From a virus: a stretch of 64,000 bases of DNA. Made by a program: the position numbers and the translations under genes. The stretch's first letter is position 1, and each line of letters opens with the position of its first letter. Positions 38,772 through 48,999 of this stretch are shown here, piece by piece. The notes beneath the pieces are model-generated. The model ran no database searches. It was not told the DNA's origin and worked only from the letters and a program-made list of their open reading frames with translations. The DNA lies in IMG/VR virus record IMGVR_UViG_3300045988_004573, positions 33,869 through 97,868 of that record, one strand, 5' to 3'.

Positions 38772-41452
38772 ATTGTGTACCCTTTCCTTTTGTTTCTCTT
38801 AATCTTACCACCTTTGCTTCTCTTAGGAGCAGCAGTATTATTACCCCCAGTATATTGACCCCTAGTATTATATGGTAATGCCCCTATATCAGCAAGCCAT
38901 CTTAGGGTATCTCTATCAGTAAGCTCTCTTCCTAGGTCTCCTAATCCCTGAATGAAATTAGTAAGGTTAGCACTCTTCTCGGCTCTATTACCTTCCAGTA
39001 TTCTTTGCCTCATATTAGCTAGCTGACCATATAGACTAGCTTGCTTACCAAGTAGCTCTGAGTTGAACATATCAACTTTAGTACCTTGTTCAGAGTTGAA
39101 CATATTGGTCTGTCTGTTGAACCCAGTAACTCTTTCTTTGAGTGCTTGGTTATACTCCTCAGCCTGTCTAGACATCTGACCTAAGTTCTCACCATAGTTA
39201 TAGTCTGCCGCCAATATGCCAGCTAGAGCTGCTGCTCTATTACCACCAGATGTATTCTGAACAGCTCTTCTACCAGCAGCAGCATTCTTATTCAACTGGT
39301 TGATATAGAACATCCTATCCAAAGGCTTGTATGCCAAGTATTCTCCTATAGGTCTAGTACCTACTGGTCTATTAGCCCCTCTAACGGCATTAGCAAATAT
39401 ATCTATATTTGAATAGTCAGGGTCATTACCACCAAATATATCATTCAATACAGCTATACCTGAACCTATAAGAGGTGCATACCTTAAAGGATTCTGTCTT
39501 ATTCCTTTAACCTCAGTAACATTATCCCCAGCAACATTAGAGATAACTGGAGTTCTTAATGTTAAAGGAGTTTTAGCAATATCTGCAACATCAGGGAGGA
39601 GCGAGGTTAGATTAGGAATTTCTGGAGATACACTAAGTTTATCCATTAATGCTTTTACATTATTACTTGGTCTTGTTAGTATATGTCCTTGACCTAGCTT
39701 CCTATCATTAGTTATTCTCTTAAAGTCATCAAGAGTAAACTTAGACAAATCCATATCACCATTAATCTTTGATAAAGCACTAATATAGGCATCTCTATAT
39801 TTTCTAAAGTTAGGATTATCCCAGTTCTGTATATAGAAGTTCCTTAACTTACTAAATTCAGAGTCAGGTGAATATGTTTTATCCCAATTTATAGTAGCTG
39901 TAAATGGACTTATATATGGGTCACTAGTATCAAATGCTACTCCAGATTGGGCATAGATAGGAAAGGCATGATTGTCATCTTTATTATCAGCACTGAAAGC
40001 ACTATTATCATACCATAACCAATCCGGTATTAGTGTGTTAGGGTCTGGTCCTGGACCCTCAAATCTCTTACCTAGCTTTCCACCTTTAGCATATCTATTC
40101 ATTCTCCTATCCTCATTCTTAATTCTTACCTCTTCCTGACTCTCAGCCAAAGCACTCATAAATGCCTCAAGCCCTCTCTGACTAATTGAGTCATTAGGTC
40201 TTTCCTCACTTTCTTTGCTTAGTTCCTTAGCTGCATCAGCAAAGGTCTCACCTTTAATACTGTACTTCTCCTTGAGCTTCTTAGGTAACTTCATTCTATC
40301 ACTGAATACATAGTCATTGAAGATTACCTCTCCTTCCTCTACTAAGTTAGGTACTCCTTGTGGGTCAATACCCATCTGTACTCCCTCAAATGGATTAGCT
40401 TCATGTGAGCCACCATTATCAATGAATGTAACTCCATTGGTAAAGTCTCCACCTTGTGAGTTCAACCATCCACCGAATGAGTGCCACTTTCTAGCATTTC
40501 TAGCAAAGTTAGCTCTCTTCCTTGTAGTAGGGTTACTAGAGTGAAGTCCTCTCTGAATACATTCTGATGTTACCTTGCCACCACAGTAGTCAGTAAACTT
40601 ACCTCTATTCTTTTTCTTGATATGAATACCACCACCCTTACTGAATGTATTGATTGTACTGACATCAGGCATAGCATTGAATGAATTAGGAAGACTAGTC
40701 AGTCTCATATCACCCAGTGCTTTCATCTGCTTGTTATTAAGGTCTCTTGTAGCCAAGTCATACCCAATAGCACCAGTGCTGAATATTGGTCCACCATAAG
40801 CAGAGAAGTTAGCCATTGCCAAGAAGTCATTGTTAGTATCTACATTACTTGCAGTATTACTTAATGAGTGCCAAGCTCTTAGGTTAGCCTCATCAATAGC
40901 CCTATTGAGTGCCTTTGTTTTATTCTTGGCTTTATTGCTGAACCATCCATCAGAACCTACTTGACTCTTCTTAACATGAGCCATATCAGTATATGAAGCC
41001 CAATCACTTAGCAGTGAGGCATTATCCTTAGCTGATGATGTATAACCAGCTTGTTGCTTGGTCTTATCCTCTGTCTGAGCAATGAACTCCTCATTAAGAT
41101 TACTACCAAAGGCTGCATTGACGAGACCACCAACAAGGTTGACTCCAGCACCAATAACTCCACCAATACCAGGGATGTTTGAAGCTATAGAACCAATACC
41201 TTGTAGAGCATTACCAACACCTGTACTATTACCACTAGGGTTGATAAGACCACTTACAGTAGAAGCAGCAGCATTGGCTATACCTCCAAGACCAGAGCCT
41301 GATACTCCTAATTTACCCAAGGCTCCTCCAACACCAGAACCCATGAACTTATTGGTAGCTGCCTCATTCCAGTTGGCAAACTTACCTATAAGCCCACCAT
41401 CATCATAGGTGTTGAAGTATCTATCATTTCTCTTAATTCTTTTCTTAGCCAT
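38768..41452 (-). CDS. virion-module protein with a glycine-rich N-terminal region
   Basis: 894 aa. The N-terminus reads GSGVGGALGKLGVSGSGLGGIANAA..GIGGVIGAGVNLVGGLVNAAFG. Preceded by a promoter motif. Confidence 0.5.
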   Translation of the reverse strand: MAKKRIKRNDRYFNTYDDGGLIGKFANWNEAATNKFMGSGVGGALGKLGVSGSGLGGIANAAASTVSGLINPSGNSTGVGNALQGIGSIASNIPGIGGVIGAGVNLVGGLVNAAFGSNLNEEFIAQTEDKTKQQAGYTSSAKDNASLLSDWASYTDMAHVKKSQVGSDGWFSNKAKNKTKALNRAIDEANLRAWHSLSNTASNVDTNNDFLAMANFSAYGGPIFSTGAIGYDLATRDLNNKQMKALGDMRLTSLPNSFNAMPDVSTINTFSKGGGIHIKKKNRGKFTDYCGGKVTSECIQRGLHSSNPTTRKRANFARNARKWHSFGGWLNSQGGDFTNGVTFIDNGGSHEANPFEGVQMGIDPQGVPNLVEEGEVIFNDYVFSDRMKLPKKLKEKYSIKGETFADAAKELSKESEERPNDSISQRGLEAFMSALAESQEEVRIKNEDRRMNRYAKGGKLGKRFEGPGPDPNTLIPDWLWYDNSAFSADNKDDNHAFPIYAQSGVAFDTSDPYISPFTATINWDKTYSPDSEFSKLRNFYIQNWDNPNFRKYRDAYISALSKINGDMDLSKFTLDDFKRITNDRKLGQGHILTRPSNNVKALMDKLSVSPEIPNLTSLLPDVADIAKTPLTLRTPVISNVAGDNVTEVKGIRQNPLRYAPLIGSGIAVLNDIFGGNDPDYSNIDIFANAVRGANRPVGTRPIGEYLAYKPLDRMFYINQLNKNAAAGRRAVQNTSGGNRAAALAGILAADYNYGENLGQMSRQAEEYNQALKERVTGFNRQTNMFNSEQGTKVDMFNSELLGKQASLYGQLANMRQRILEGNRAEKSANLTNFIQGLGDLGRELTDRDTLRWLADIGALPYNTRGQYTGGNNTAAPKRSKGGKIKRNKRKGYTI

Positions 41453-41474
41453 AGTATAAATTCTATATTTGTTG

Positions 41475-41505
41475 CAAAGGTAGCTAATCTACTTAATATA
41501 GACAA
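41475..41505 (-). promoter_or_regulatory. Bacteroides-type promoter TTG-N20-TACCTTTG
   Basis: On the minus strand: TTG (41505..41503), a 20-nt spacer, TACCTTTG (41482..41475). ATG 41452 is 22 nt downstream. Confidence 0.55.
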
Positions 41506-41523
41506 GCTTATAATTAAAAAAGA

Positions 41524-41558
41524 AAGGTCAGCCTAATTGAATTAGTTAGGCTGACCTT
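41524..41558 (-). terminator. intrinsic terminator after the 1437-aa gene
   Basis: aaggtcagcctaa 41524..41536 pairs with ttaggctgacctt 41546..41558 (13 bp, 9-nt loop). A T6 run follows on the minus strand (A6 41516..41521). Confidence 0.75.
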
Positions 41559-41563
41559 ATATG

Positions 41564-44500
41564 TTAGACAAAGTAGTGTACTATCATATCATGGAACTCC
41601 ATTCTATCAGTATTCTCCTTGTTCATGGATAGCTTGACATAAGCCCAAGTGTTCCTTATTCTATCCATCTTGTTGGCTTTAACACCATTCCAATCTGTAT
41701 TAGCTCTAGGAACATTAGCTCTCCATACCCTGAACTTCTTCTTTAATGGTGATGGTCTAGCTGCAAGATTAGTTAAGCTAGATACACCCTTCTGATATTC
41801 ATTCCATACTTCAAGAGTATCAAAGGTATGACCACTTGCAAGTACTTCATTACCTGAGTTATCCTTAGTCCAACAGTCAGCTCTGAACTCTACAGTGTTG
41901 AATATCTTATCATAAGGTTCATCTGCATTAGACACAAAGGTTACACTATATGGATAGTAGTGACCAAAGAACATATTGTAGTCTCCTGCAAACTGTTCCC
42001 ACATCTTACCATATTGTATAGCATAGAAGTCACTATTGATATTGAACATTGCTGGTACTTGACCATAACTCATAAATGATGTAAATTGACCTAGCAACTC
42101 TGAGTAGACTAATGCTGTCTCATTGTTTACAAAGTACACATCACCATTGTTCTTGTCATAGTAAGTCACAAAGTTCTTGAACCCTACTGGGTCCCATTTC
42201 TCAAGACTATTATTCTCACTAGTCCATTGTCTAAAGCCTAGCTTATCCGACAGAGAACCTATCTGACCATTGAACAGATAGATGCTATTAGTGATGTTGT
42301 CTATGAAGTATAGTCCAGAAGGAGATTCTACTATTGACCACTTGTTATTGCATCCTATAGTGTTGCTGATATATCTCTTTCCATCTACCTTGAGACCATT
42401 GGAAATCTCAATAGGCATACCATCAGAGGTAGGTATCTGAACCCTAGAGTTAAACAGGATATTACTAAAGCCTTGTTTCTGGAAACAGAATACTTCATTG
42501 TTAAAGGTATTCAGTGATACTACTTCTCCCTTATCACCATCTAAGTCAAGTGTAGATGCCATAGTGATATTAGTCCAAGTATCTACTATAGCCCCTGCTT
42601 GCTTCTCCTTAGTCCATGTGATAGTATTAGGGAAGTAATCAAGACTGTACTTATTATAGTTCAATGCTCTAGAGCTAAAGAAGTTATTCCTCTGACTATA
42701 TACAGGATTGATAAGATTGAAGTTAGTAGGAGTCATAATAAGGTTACTTGTCTGACCTCTGTTCCTATCATATCTTCCATCTATGTTAACCCTAGTCTCA
42801 CAGTAGAATGACATTATCTCAACTACACTGTTCTGGTCTTCCATAGTATAGGGATAAGTCTTAAGGCAGTCATATCTCTGGAAGTATGTATCACCCTCTG
42901 TATATGTTACACTCAAGTAACTCTTTGGTATAGGACTACCATCAGTGTCATAACCATCTATAAGTGATATAGGCTCACCTGCTGGAAGCCATATATTATT
43001 CTCCAGAGCTTCTGGTGTATCACCACCAAACCTGTTCTCTACATTGTCATTGTAAAGCTCAGCCAGCCATAGGAAGCCAAATCCATTTAAGTCATTACCA
43101 GAGGTAAATCTGATTACATCCTGATATACACCAACACAACTATCATCCCAAGGCATCTTGGCATCACCAAGCACCTTGTCTACCTTGTTTACAATAGTAC
43201 CTGTATAGCCCCAAGTTGTTGCAGGCAGTATAACCTGCTTTCTATCAGAAGTATAGTTGAATGCTATGACTGCATGAGGGGTTGACTTATACTTCATACT
43301 AACAGGGTCTACACCATAGTTAGTGCTTGAAGCTGTCTTTCCTCCACTATCTCTTGCAAGTTGCAGAGGGTGAGGACCACCTATAGACATGGCATGGGCA
43401 TTCTCACTATCATTTCCCCACTCTCCTATAATAATAGGATAACCATTCTTTCTATTTAACTCCTCTCCTTGTACCCAGTACCTATCATCTACTCTTGAAG
43501 GTGCTATTACTTTATCTATATTACCATAGTAGTTTATATCTCCAAGACCTGAATGACTAGGTGCAGGAAGTCTTACAAGACTCTGCTCCTCAGAGTTGAA
43601 TATAGCTACTCCTGATATTCCAGTATGGTTATTGTCTCCCTCTACATAGGCATTCCAAGGGTTAGAGAAGTATTCAGTATATGCAGCAAACTTTAAGTTT
43701 GACATCTTCTTCTGACTAAGCATAGCTGTCCTTGTGATCTCATTGTCAACAAGAGTACTCTGGTTGTTAAGAGAACCATTTCTATGCCAAGGGTATATGT
43801 AGAATGGGAATGTCCAATCATTTTCACCTGCATCCTTAACTTGATAGTTATAAGGCTTGTCGAAGTAGAAGCCCCCTGATATTAGACTTCTAGAGCCAAA
43901 GGCACTTACATTCTCAACACCCACAAACTCCTTATAGAATCCTCTCTTATATGTCTTGTTCTGGGGTGTACTAGTTTGTATATCTATATCAGAAGCATTT
44001 GCAGTGAATGGTACTCTACCTACTATTCTCAGCTTCAATGAAGAGGTATCAAGGTTAGCCACAGCATCATCAAACTCAAACTCTGGTGAGTGCATTGTAA
44101 CTATGGATTGGTCTATAAAGAAGAACTCACTTCTGTCTGCTATCCAAGAGTTCATATTCTCAACTCCAGTGGCATAAGGCTCTGATGGAGCATTAGCAAT
44201 ACATTGTATCTCAGCATTTCTATGCCAGTTACTAGGTATAGGATAGTTATGTCTGAACTCTGCCCATACTCCTTTACTTACAAGGGTCTGACCTTGGTAG
44301 GTAACATAAGCAGCTCCTCTATTCTCTCCTTCATCATTCTCTATCAATACCTTACCAGGGACATAATCCCTATCTGAATACATACTATCAGCATTGGCAA
44401 TATCCACACCTAAGTAGGGTCTTGAGAACCATGATGCCTGTGCATAAGGAGAATTGGTAAACCTATCACTTAGGTTATATACTGTAGGGCATAGAATACC

Positions 44501-45877
44501 CTGTGCAACTACTTCTCTATCAGTAGCACTTGGATATACAACCACTCCTCTTACTCTTACAAAACCTTGAGATACTGCCAGCTTTATTATCTCCTGAGAC
44601 ATTGATGTACTGGCTTGTACTCCTTGTATTGAGTCAGACCCATATACTCCCCAGTTTACAGAAGGATAGTAGTTGACCTTGGCATCTCTTATAAATACTG
44701 GCTCTGACCACTTACCTGTCTTATATTGGAACTGCAATCCAAACCTATAATACTCATTAGAGTGGAATGATAATATATTAGAGCCTTTACTCAAGTGATT
44801 CTTATAGGAGTAATATCCTTTTGCTGGGCTAGAGTCTATATACTTAGAACCAAAGCCTATATACATAGTAGCTACATTCTCCCTAAGCTCTCCACCTACT
44901 ACCTTATTATTAAGGAGTATGTTACCTAGAAACAGTGTATTATCCTTATGAGCCATAGTCTGAGGTACTATACTCTCACCACCTACATACAGTAATTCAG
45001 TTGGGTCTACTGTAGTACCTGTAGAGCCATTATCAACATATATCAAGTCATCAGTACCATTAACAGCTATATCAACTACATTAAGTACTGTAGGAGTAGC
45101 ATCTATACTGGTTCTATGTATAGAGTATATCCTTATATAATCAAACCTAGGGTCAGGGTTCTTTATAGTAATAGTAAAGCTATTGCTTACTTTCTCCTCA
45201 GGACTAGCTCCCCTACTACTGAATGATATGTACTGCAAGGGAGTAGTATAGAATATATTACTCTCCTGACCATACATGTTATAGTAAGTAAAGGCATACT
45301 GGATTACTCCTGATGCAAATGCTCCATTAGAGTCATCATTCCTAGATACAGTAATAGTCTCATTAAGATTCAGCTCCTGTACGAAGTCAAATGAGCCATC
45401 ATTCCAATCCAGCTTTACCTCATCAGATGCAGTAATGTTAATCACTCTAGCTTGATTCCTTCCATCAATCCAATATACCTTCTGGATATTCTCATTCTCA
45501 TATACTCCAATACTCTCAATAGGATAAGAGGTATTGAAGTTAAGTGAGCCTGTGTATAGAGTGATGCACTCAAAGTAACTACCCTTTCTCTCAAGTCTGT
45601 ATATTCTGTCTGTTGTGTTATCAGTTGTAAAGAGAGTGAGGTAGTTATTAAGCACATTATATCCAATCACAGTACCTTGAAGAGTAACTACAGAGTTATT
45701 CTTATCCTTTAAGATAATCTCCTTGTTACCCTTCTCATTAGTTATAGACAAGAGAGTATTATGGTCTCTTGCAGTTATTCTGATGTTCTGAGCATCAAAG
45801 GCAAACTCAGAGTTGAACTTACTTACTGTAAGGTCTCTCTGGATTCCTTTAATGGCATGTGCTTCTTGCTTTATCAT
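41564..45877 (-). CDS. large virion (tail-type) structural protein
   Basis: 1437 aa, rich in aromatic and Gly residues, looks beta-rich. Its position between small virion genes and giant internal proteins resembles the crAss-like tail region. No motif assigned. Confidence 0.45.
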   Translation of the reverse strand: MIKQEAHAIKGIQRDLTVSKFNSEFAFDAQNIRITARDHNTLLSITNEKGNKEIILKDKNNSVVTLQGTVIGYNVLNNYLTLFTTDNTTDRIYRLERKGSYFECITLYTGSLNFNTSYPIESIGVYENENIQKVYWIDGRNQARVINITASDEVKLDWNDGSFDFVQELNLNETITVSRNDDSNGAFASGVIQYAFTYYNMYGQESNIFYTTPLQYISFSSRGASPEEKVSNSFTITIKNPDPRFDYIRIYSIHRTSIDATPTVLNVVDIAVNGTDDLIYVDNGSTGTTVDPTELLYVGGESIVPQTMAHKDNTLFLGNILLNNKVVGGELRENVATMYIGFGSKYIDSSPAKGYYSYKNHLSKGSNILSFHSNEYYRFGLQFQYKTGKWSEPVFIRDAKVNYYPSVNWGVYGSDSIQGVQASTSMSQEIIKLAVSQGFVRVRGVVVYPSATDREVVAQGILCPTVYNLSDRFTNSPYAQASWFSRPYLGVDIANADSMYSDRDYVPGKVLIENDEGENRGAAYVTYQGQTLVSKGVWAEFRHNYPIPSNWHRNAEIQCIANAPSEPYATGVENMNSWIADRSEFFFIDQSIVTMHSPEFEFDDAVANLDTSSLKLRIVGRVPFTANASDIDIQTSTPQNKTYKRGFYKEFVGVENVSAFGSRSLISGGFYFDKPYNYQVKDAGENDWTFPFYIYPWHRNGSLNNQSTLVDNEITRTAMLSQKKMSNLKFAAYTEYFSNPWNAYVEGDNNHTGISGVAIFNSEEQSLVRLPAPSHSGLGDINYYGNIDKVIAPSRVDDRYWVQGEELNRKNGYPIIIGEWGNDSENAHAMSIGGPHPLQLARDSGGKTASSTNYGVDPVSMKYKSTPHAVIAFNYTSDRKQVILPATTWGYTGTIVNKVDKVLGDAKMPWDDSCVGVYQDVIRFTSGNDLNGFGFLWLAELYNDNVENRFGGDTPEALENNIWLPAGEPISLIDGYDTDGSPIPKSYLSVTYTEGDTYFQRYDCLKTYPYTMEDQNSVVEIMSFYCETRVNIDGRYDRNRGQTSNLIMTPTNFNLINPVYSQRNNFFSSRALNYNKYSLDYFPNTITWTKEKQAGAIVDTWTNITMASTLDLDGDKGEVVSLNTFNNEVFCFQKQGFSNILFNSRVQIPTSDGMPIEISNGLKVDGKRYISNTIGCNNKWSIVESPSGLYFIDNITNSIYLFNGQIGSLSDKLGFRQWTSENNSLEKWDPVGFKNFVTYYDKNNGDVYFVNNETALVYSELLGQFTSFMSYGQVPAMFNINSDFYAIQYGKMWEQFAGDYNMFFGHYYPYSVTFVSNADEPYDKIFNTVEFRADCWTKDNSGNEVLASGHTFDTLEVWNEYQKGVSSLTNLAARPSPLKKKFRVWRANVPRANTDWNGVKANKMDRIRNTWAYVKLSMNKENTDRMEFHDMIVHYFV

Positions 45878-45878
45878 A

Positions 45879-46565
45879 TCATTGCAACTTTATATATTCC
45901 CTATCTCCCATGTGTCTGAATGACTTGCTGAACTCATTGACTCTAGGTATAAGGGTATTATACATTCTTGTAAATGCCTCCATCTCTGATACACTAGGTA
46001 TCATAAACTCATTGTTACATTGACCAGCCTTGAAAGCATACTCCTGCTGGGTATTCTGTAGTACAGCAGGACTAACCTTTCCCATATCAAATAGGATAGT
46101 AAACCACTCCTTCTTTATGTACAGCTCCAGAGTCTTTAGGAACACTGGATTATCTGGAAGTAGAGGTAATCCATCATCGTCAGTAGGGATAGCCTTATAA
46201 CTAAGCTCTATGTCTCCTGTCTTGAAGGAGGTGAATATTACAGAGCCTTGGGTTTTGAATGATAGCTCTCCCTTATCTTCTGGGTGAGTACCATTGAAGC
46301 TATCAGTCATAGCTCTCAAACATACACCATTCCTGGCTAATCTTACCTGGTTTATAGCAATCAGGTCACAAGGTAGTTGTCCTCTATAGTTGTCTATACA
46401 TATAGTAGTTACCTTATCTGCATAGATATTAGGTAATCCCATAACAGCTATGAAGTCTAAAGTATATTGTATAGCACTCTCCAGATTGAGGTCAGTAAGC
46501 AATGGATGCCTCATTACTCTAGACAATACCTCAGGCAATTTAACATATTGATACTCACTCCACAT
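45879..46565 (-). CDS. virion-module protein, function unknown
   Basis: 228-aa ORF that ends 1 nt before the next start. Confidence 0.5.
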   Translation of the reverse strand: MWSEYQYVKLPEVLSRVMRHPLLTDLNLESAIQYTLDFIAVMGLPNIYADKVTTICIDNYRGQLPCDLIAINQVRLARNGVCLRAMTDSFNGTHPEDKGELSFKTQGSVIFTSFKTGDIELSYKAIPTDDDGLPLLPDNPVFLKTLELYIKKEWFTILFDMGKVSPAVLQNTQQEYAFKAGQCNNEFMIPSVSEMEAFTRMYNTLIPRVNEFSKSFRHMGDREYIKLQ

Positions 46566-47331
46566 TTTTATACCTCCATTTATGATTTAATGTTTTACTT
46601 CTACTCCCTCTGCAACATTCTGTTATCTTGGAAGCAGCACTCTTACCTTTCCCATAATATCTTGCAGCATCAGTGGCAGACCTAAAGCAAGCTATTATAT
46701 TATTATCAAGGTCTAGCTGCTCTACTGCTTTGCAGTAATTATCTCTCCCTTTAGACCTCTTTTCAAAGGAAACATTATTACCAAGCTTAATTCCTGTGTG
46801 GGAGTTACTTATCTTTGTTCTATGTTCAATAGTTAGGTGCTTTCCATAGAAAGGGTGATTAGTCCCAGACATTGCAATACTTATCTTACTTCTAATATCT
46901 TCTGATACTTTCCTACCAAGACTCTTTTTTCTTAAAATCAACTTAGTAGAGTTCTTCATTGGCTTTCCTTTATTTGGAGAAGTCCTCCCCTTTAAGGATT
47001 TTCTTATTTTTATTAGAGTTTCTTCTGTTGGAGTATATCCAGACATCCCATCACCTCCATTGGTTATATTATAAGATAACCCCAAACTTTTATAATGTCT
47101 TATCAGCTCTATCTCTAATCTTTTAGCTCTACTCTCTTCTAAGTTAGTAAATAATACTTCATGCCTTATATTATCCCAACCATACTTGAGAATAGCTCTA
47201 AAGAATAGTTTACATGCTTTATATCCAAAGCCCTTAGACCATCTTTTGTCTGCATCTCTAGAGGTTATACCTATATATACTTTACCAGATGGAGAGATAT
47301 GTCTATATAATAGCCATCTTTTATGTTCCAT
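46555..47331 (-). CDS. GIY-YIG homing endonuclease with NUMOD3-like repeats
   Basis: LLYRHISPSGKVYIGIT (GIY..YIG), RWSKG, LEIELIRHY, YNITNGGDG. Repeats GRKVSEDIRSKIS and GKHLTIEHRTKIS. C-terminal HTH-like AARYYGKGKSAASKITECC. Confidence 0.85.
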   Translation of the reverse strand: MEHKRWLLYRHISPSGKVYIGITSRDADKRWSKGFGYKACKLFFRAILKYGWDNIRHEVLFTNLEESRAKRLEIELIRHYKSLGLSYNITNGGDGMSGYTPTEETLIKIRKSLKGRTSPNKGKPMKNSTKLILRKKSLGRKVSEDIRSKISIAMSGTNHPFYGKHLTIEHRTKISNSHTGIKLGNNVSFEKRSKGRDNYCKAVEQLDLDNNIIACFRSATDAARYYGKGKSAASKITECCRGSRSKTLNHKWRYKNVE

Positions 47332-47881
47332 ATTTGTTTCTCTTTCCTATAAGAAGAGCATCTATGATGCCCTGTTTAATGTTATGCTTAAGTCTTAGCT
47401 TTAGGTCTTTATTAAAGACCAACTCATAGAAAGACCTGTTATTGAAGTTAACATCCTCCTTATTGTAGAGTACCTTATATATCTCCTGTTCATCAAGTCT
47501 TAATAGAGTCTTGTCTCTATATGCTTCCTCATCCTCATACCATAGCTTAAGGGTATTGTCCCAGTCTATAGGAAGGTTAGTCTTAACCTTACCATTCTCA
47601 TCTATTCTGACTGACTTCTCATACTTCCTTACTTCTATAGTACCCATCCTGTGAGGTAACTTAACCTCATTGCCTATCACTATATCATCAACAAGCAGGT
47701 TGTTTATCTGTCTGATAATAGCAAAGTACTGTGACTCTGACAGTACATACTTCTTATCATCAGGCTTGTTCTTTCTATAGTATTTATAGCCATCATACAC
47801 ACCAAGACTATTCCTTATCTTGTGTTCTCTAGGCATACTGGCTCTTCTTACCCTTTTCTTAAACTCTATAAGACTCTCCAT
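47321..47881 (-). CDS. HU/IHF-like DNA-binding protein
   Basis: LSESQYFAIIRQINNLLVDDIVIGNEVKLPHRMGTIEVRKYE follows the HU/IHF pattern (G..V.L...G.f.v+). An IHF-like gene is conserved in the crAss-like virion module. Confidence 0.55.
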   Translation of the reverse strand: MESLIEFKKRVRRASMPREHKIRNSLGVYDGYKYYRKNKPDDKKYVLSESQYFAIIRQINNLLVDDIVIGNEVKLPHRMGTIEVRKYEKSVRIDENGKVKTNLPIDWDNTLKLWYEDEEAYRDKTLLRLDEQEIYKVLYNKEDVNFNNRSFYELVFNKDLKLRLKHNIKQGIIDALLIGKRNKYGT

Positions 47882-48570
47882 TATCTCTTAGTGTTAGCTT
47901 CATCAAGGTCATCATCTGCATTATTGTTCTCATCTGATGGAGCATATTCAGCCTTTCTCAGCTCATTGACTACAAGCTCAATCAGAGGTGGTACAAGAGC
48001 CTCCTCAATAGGGAATGTCCTGTCCAGAAGGTCACATGCAGTACCTTCATCACCATCACAGGTAAGTCCAGATACTTCATCTGCATCCTCAAATATAGCG
48101 GTGAACTTGACTTTCTCCAAGTATAGGAACTGTGGATTCCATGACTTGAAATACAGATAACCATCAGGTGCTATTGAACAGTAGATGATATTCTTCATCC
48201 ACTTGTTATAGCCTACATATCTCATCCTGTCCCTACTGATATAAGCTATCTCACCTTGATAGTAATCTATAGGATATACCCTAGGATTGCCTATCATCAG
48301 AGTAACAGGTATCTTATCCTTGCTCCTCAAGTATGAGCCACCTTCACATACTTCACCACTAATAGCTGGAACCTCTATAAGGTCTAAGCATATAGTCTGG
48401 TAGTTACTCTCAGAGATAGCCTTCTTAATATCAGTATAGTATCTCTGCTTTAACAGGAATGACCTATACTTGCCACATAGGAAGGCTATATGGTCTTCTG
48501 TGAATGTGAAGTCATCAGACATACCTTTAAGCTCATCAAGAACCATATATACAATTTCTCTGTATGTCAT
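47881..48570 (-). CDS. virion-module protein, function unknown
   Basis: 229-aa ORF, the first gene after promoter 48608..48638. Confidence 0.5.
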   Translation of the reverse strand: MTYREIVYMVLDELKGMSDDFTFTEDHIAFLCGKYRSFLLKQRYYTDIKKAISESNYQTICLDLIEVPAISGEVCEGGSYLRSKDKIPVTLMIGNPRVYPIDYYQGEIAYISRDRMRYVGYNKWMKNIIYCSIAPDGYLYFKSWNPQFLYLEKVKFTAIFEDADEVSGLTCDGDEGTACDLLDRTFPIEEALVPPLIELVVNELRKAEYAPSDENNNADDDLDEANTKR

Positions 48571-48598
48571 ATCAATTAGCTTATTTATTATATAATTA

Positions 48599-48644
48599 AA
48601 CCTCTTGCAAAGGTAAGAATTATATCTTATCTCTACAAGAGGTT
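48599..48644 (-). terminator. hairpin enclosing a promoter (9-bp stem, 28-nt loop)
   Basis: aacctcttg 48599..48607 pairs with caagaggtt 48636..48644. It lies 11 nt after the stop of gene 48655..48999. The large loop makes terminator function uncertain. Confidence 0.35.
48608..48638 (-). promoter_or_regulatory. Bacteroides-type promoter TTG-N20-TACCTTTG
   Basis: On the minus strand: TTG (48638..48636), a 20-nt spacer, TACCTTTG (48615..48608). ATG 48570 is 37 nt downstream. Confidence 0.55.
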
Positions 48645-48654
48645 AAGTGATTTA

Positions 48655-48999
48655 TTACTCATTTACTAACCTAAGTAGTTCATCCTCACTGAATCTTAGT
48701 ATATCATTCTCAGTTATTCTAGGAGTGACATCATTCAGTGCTTGGACTAATGAGGTATTCACTGCAAACTCTGGGTATGGTATAAGACAGGTAGAGCCAA
48801 ACAAGCAGTATAACACATTGGTTATAGTCTTATAATCCTCCTCATCTATATACAAGCTGAAAGAACTCCTCAGTAAGTCCTCTATGAACAGTAGAACCAG
48901 CAGCTTATTTACTTCTTTATATCCTTTATATCCGAAGGTTGACAAAGCTTGAAAATAATTGCTGACCCCAGTATAAGCCATATTATCAAGTCCATCCAT
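48655..48999 (-). CDS. virion-module protein, function unknown
   Basis: 114-aa ORF that overlaps the upstream gene by 14 nt. Confidence 0.45.
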   Translation of the reverse strand: MDGLDNMAYTGVSNYFQALSTFGYKGYKEVNKLLVLLFIEDLLRSSFSLYIDEEDYKTITNVLYCLFGSTCLIPYPEFAVNTSLVQALNDVTPRITENDILRFSEDELLRLVNE

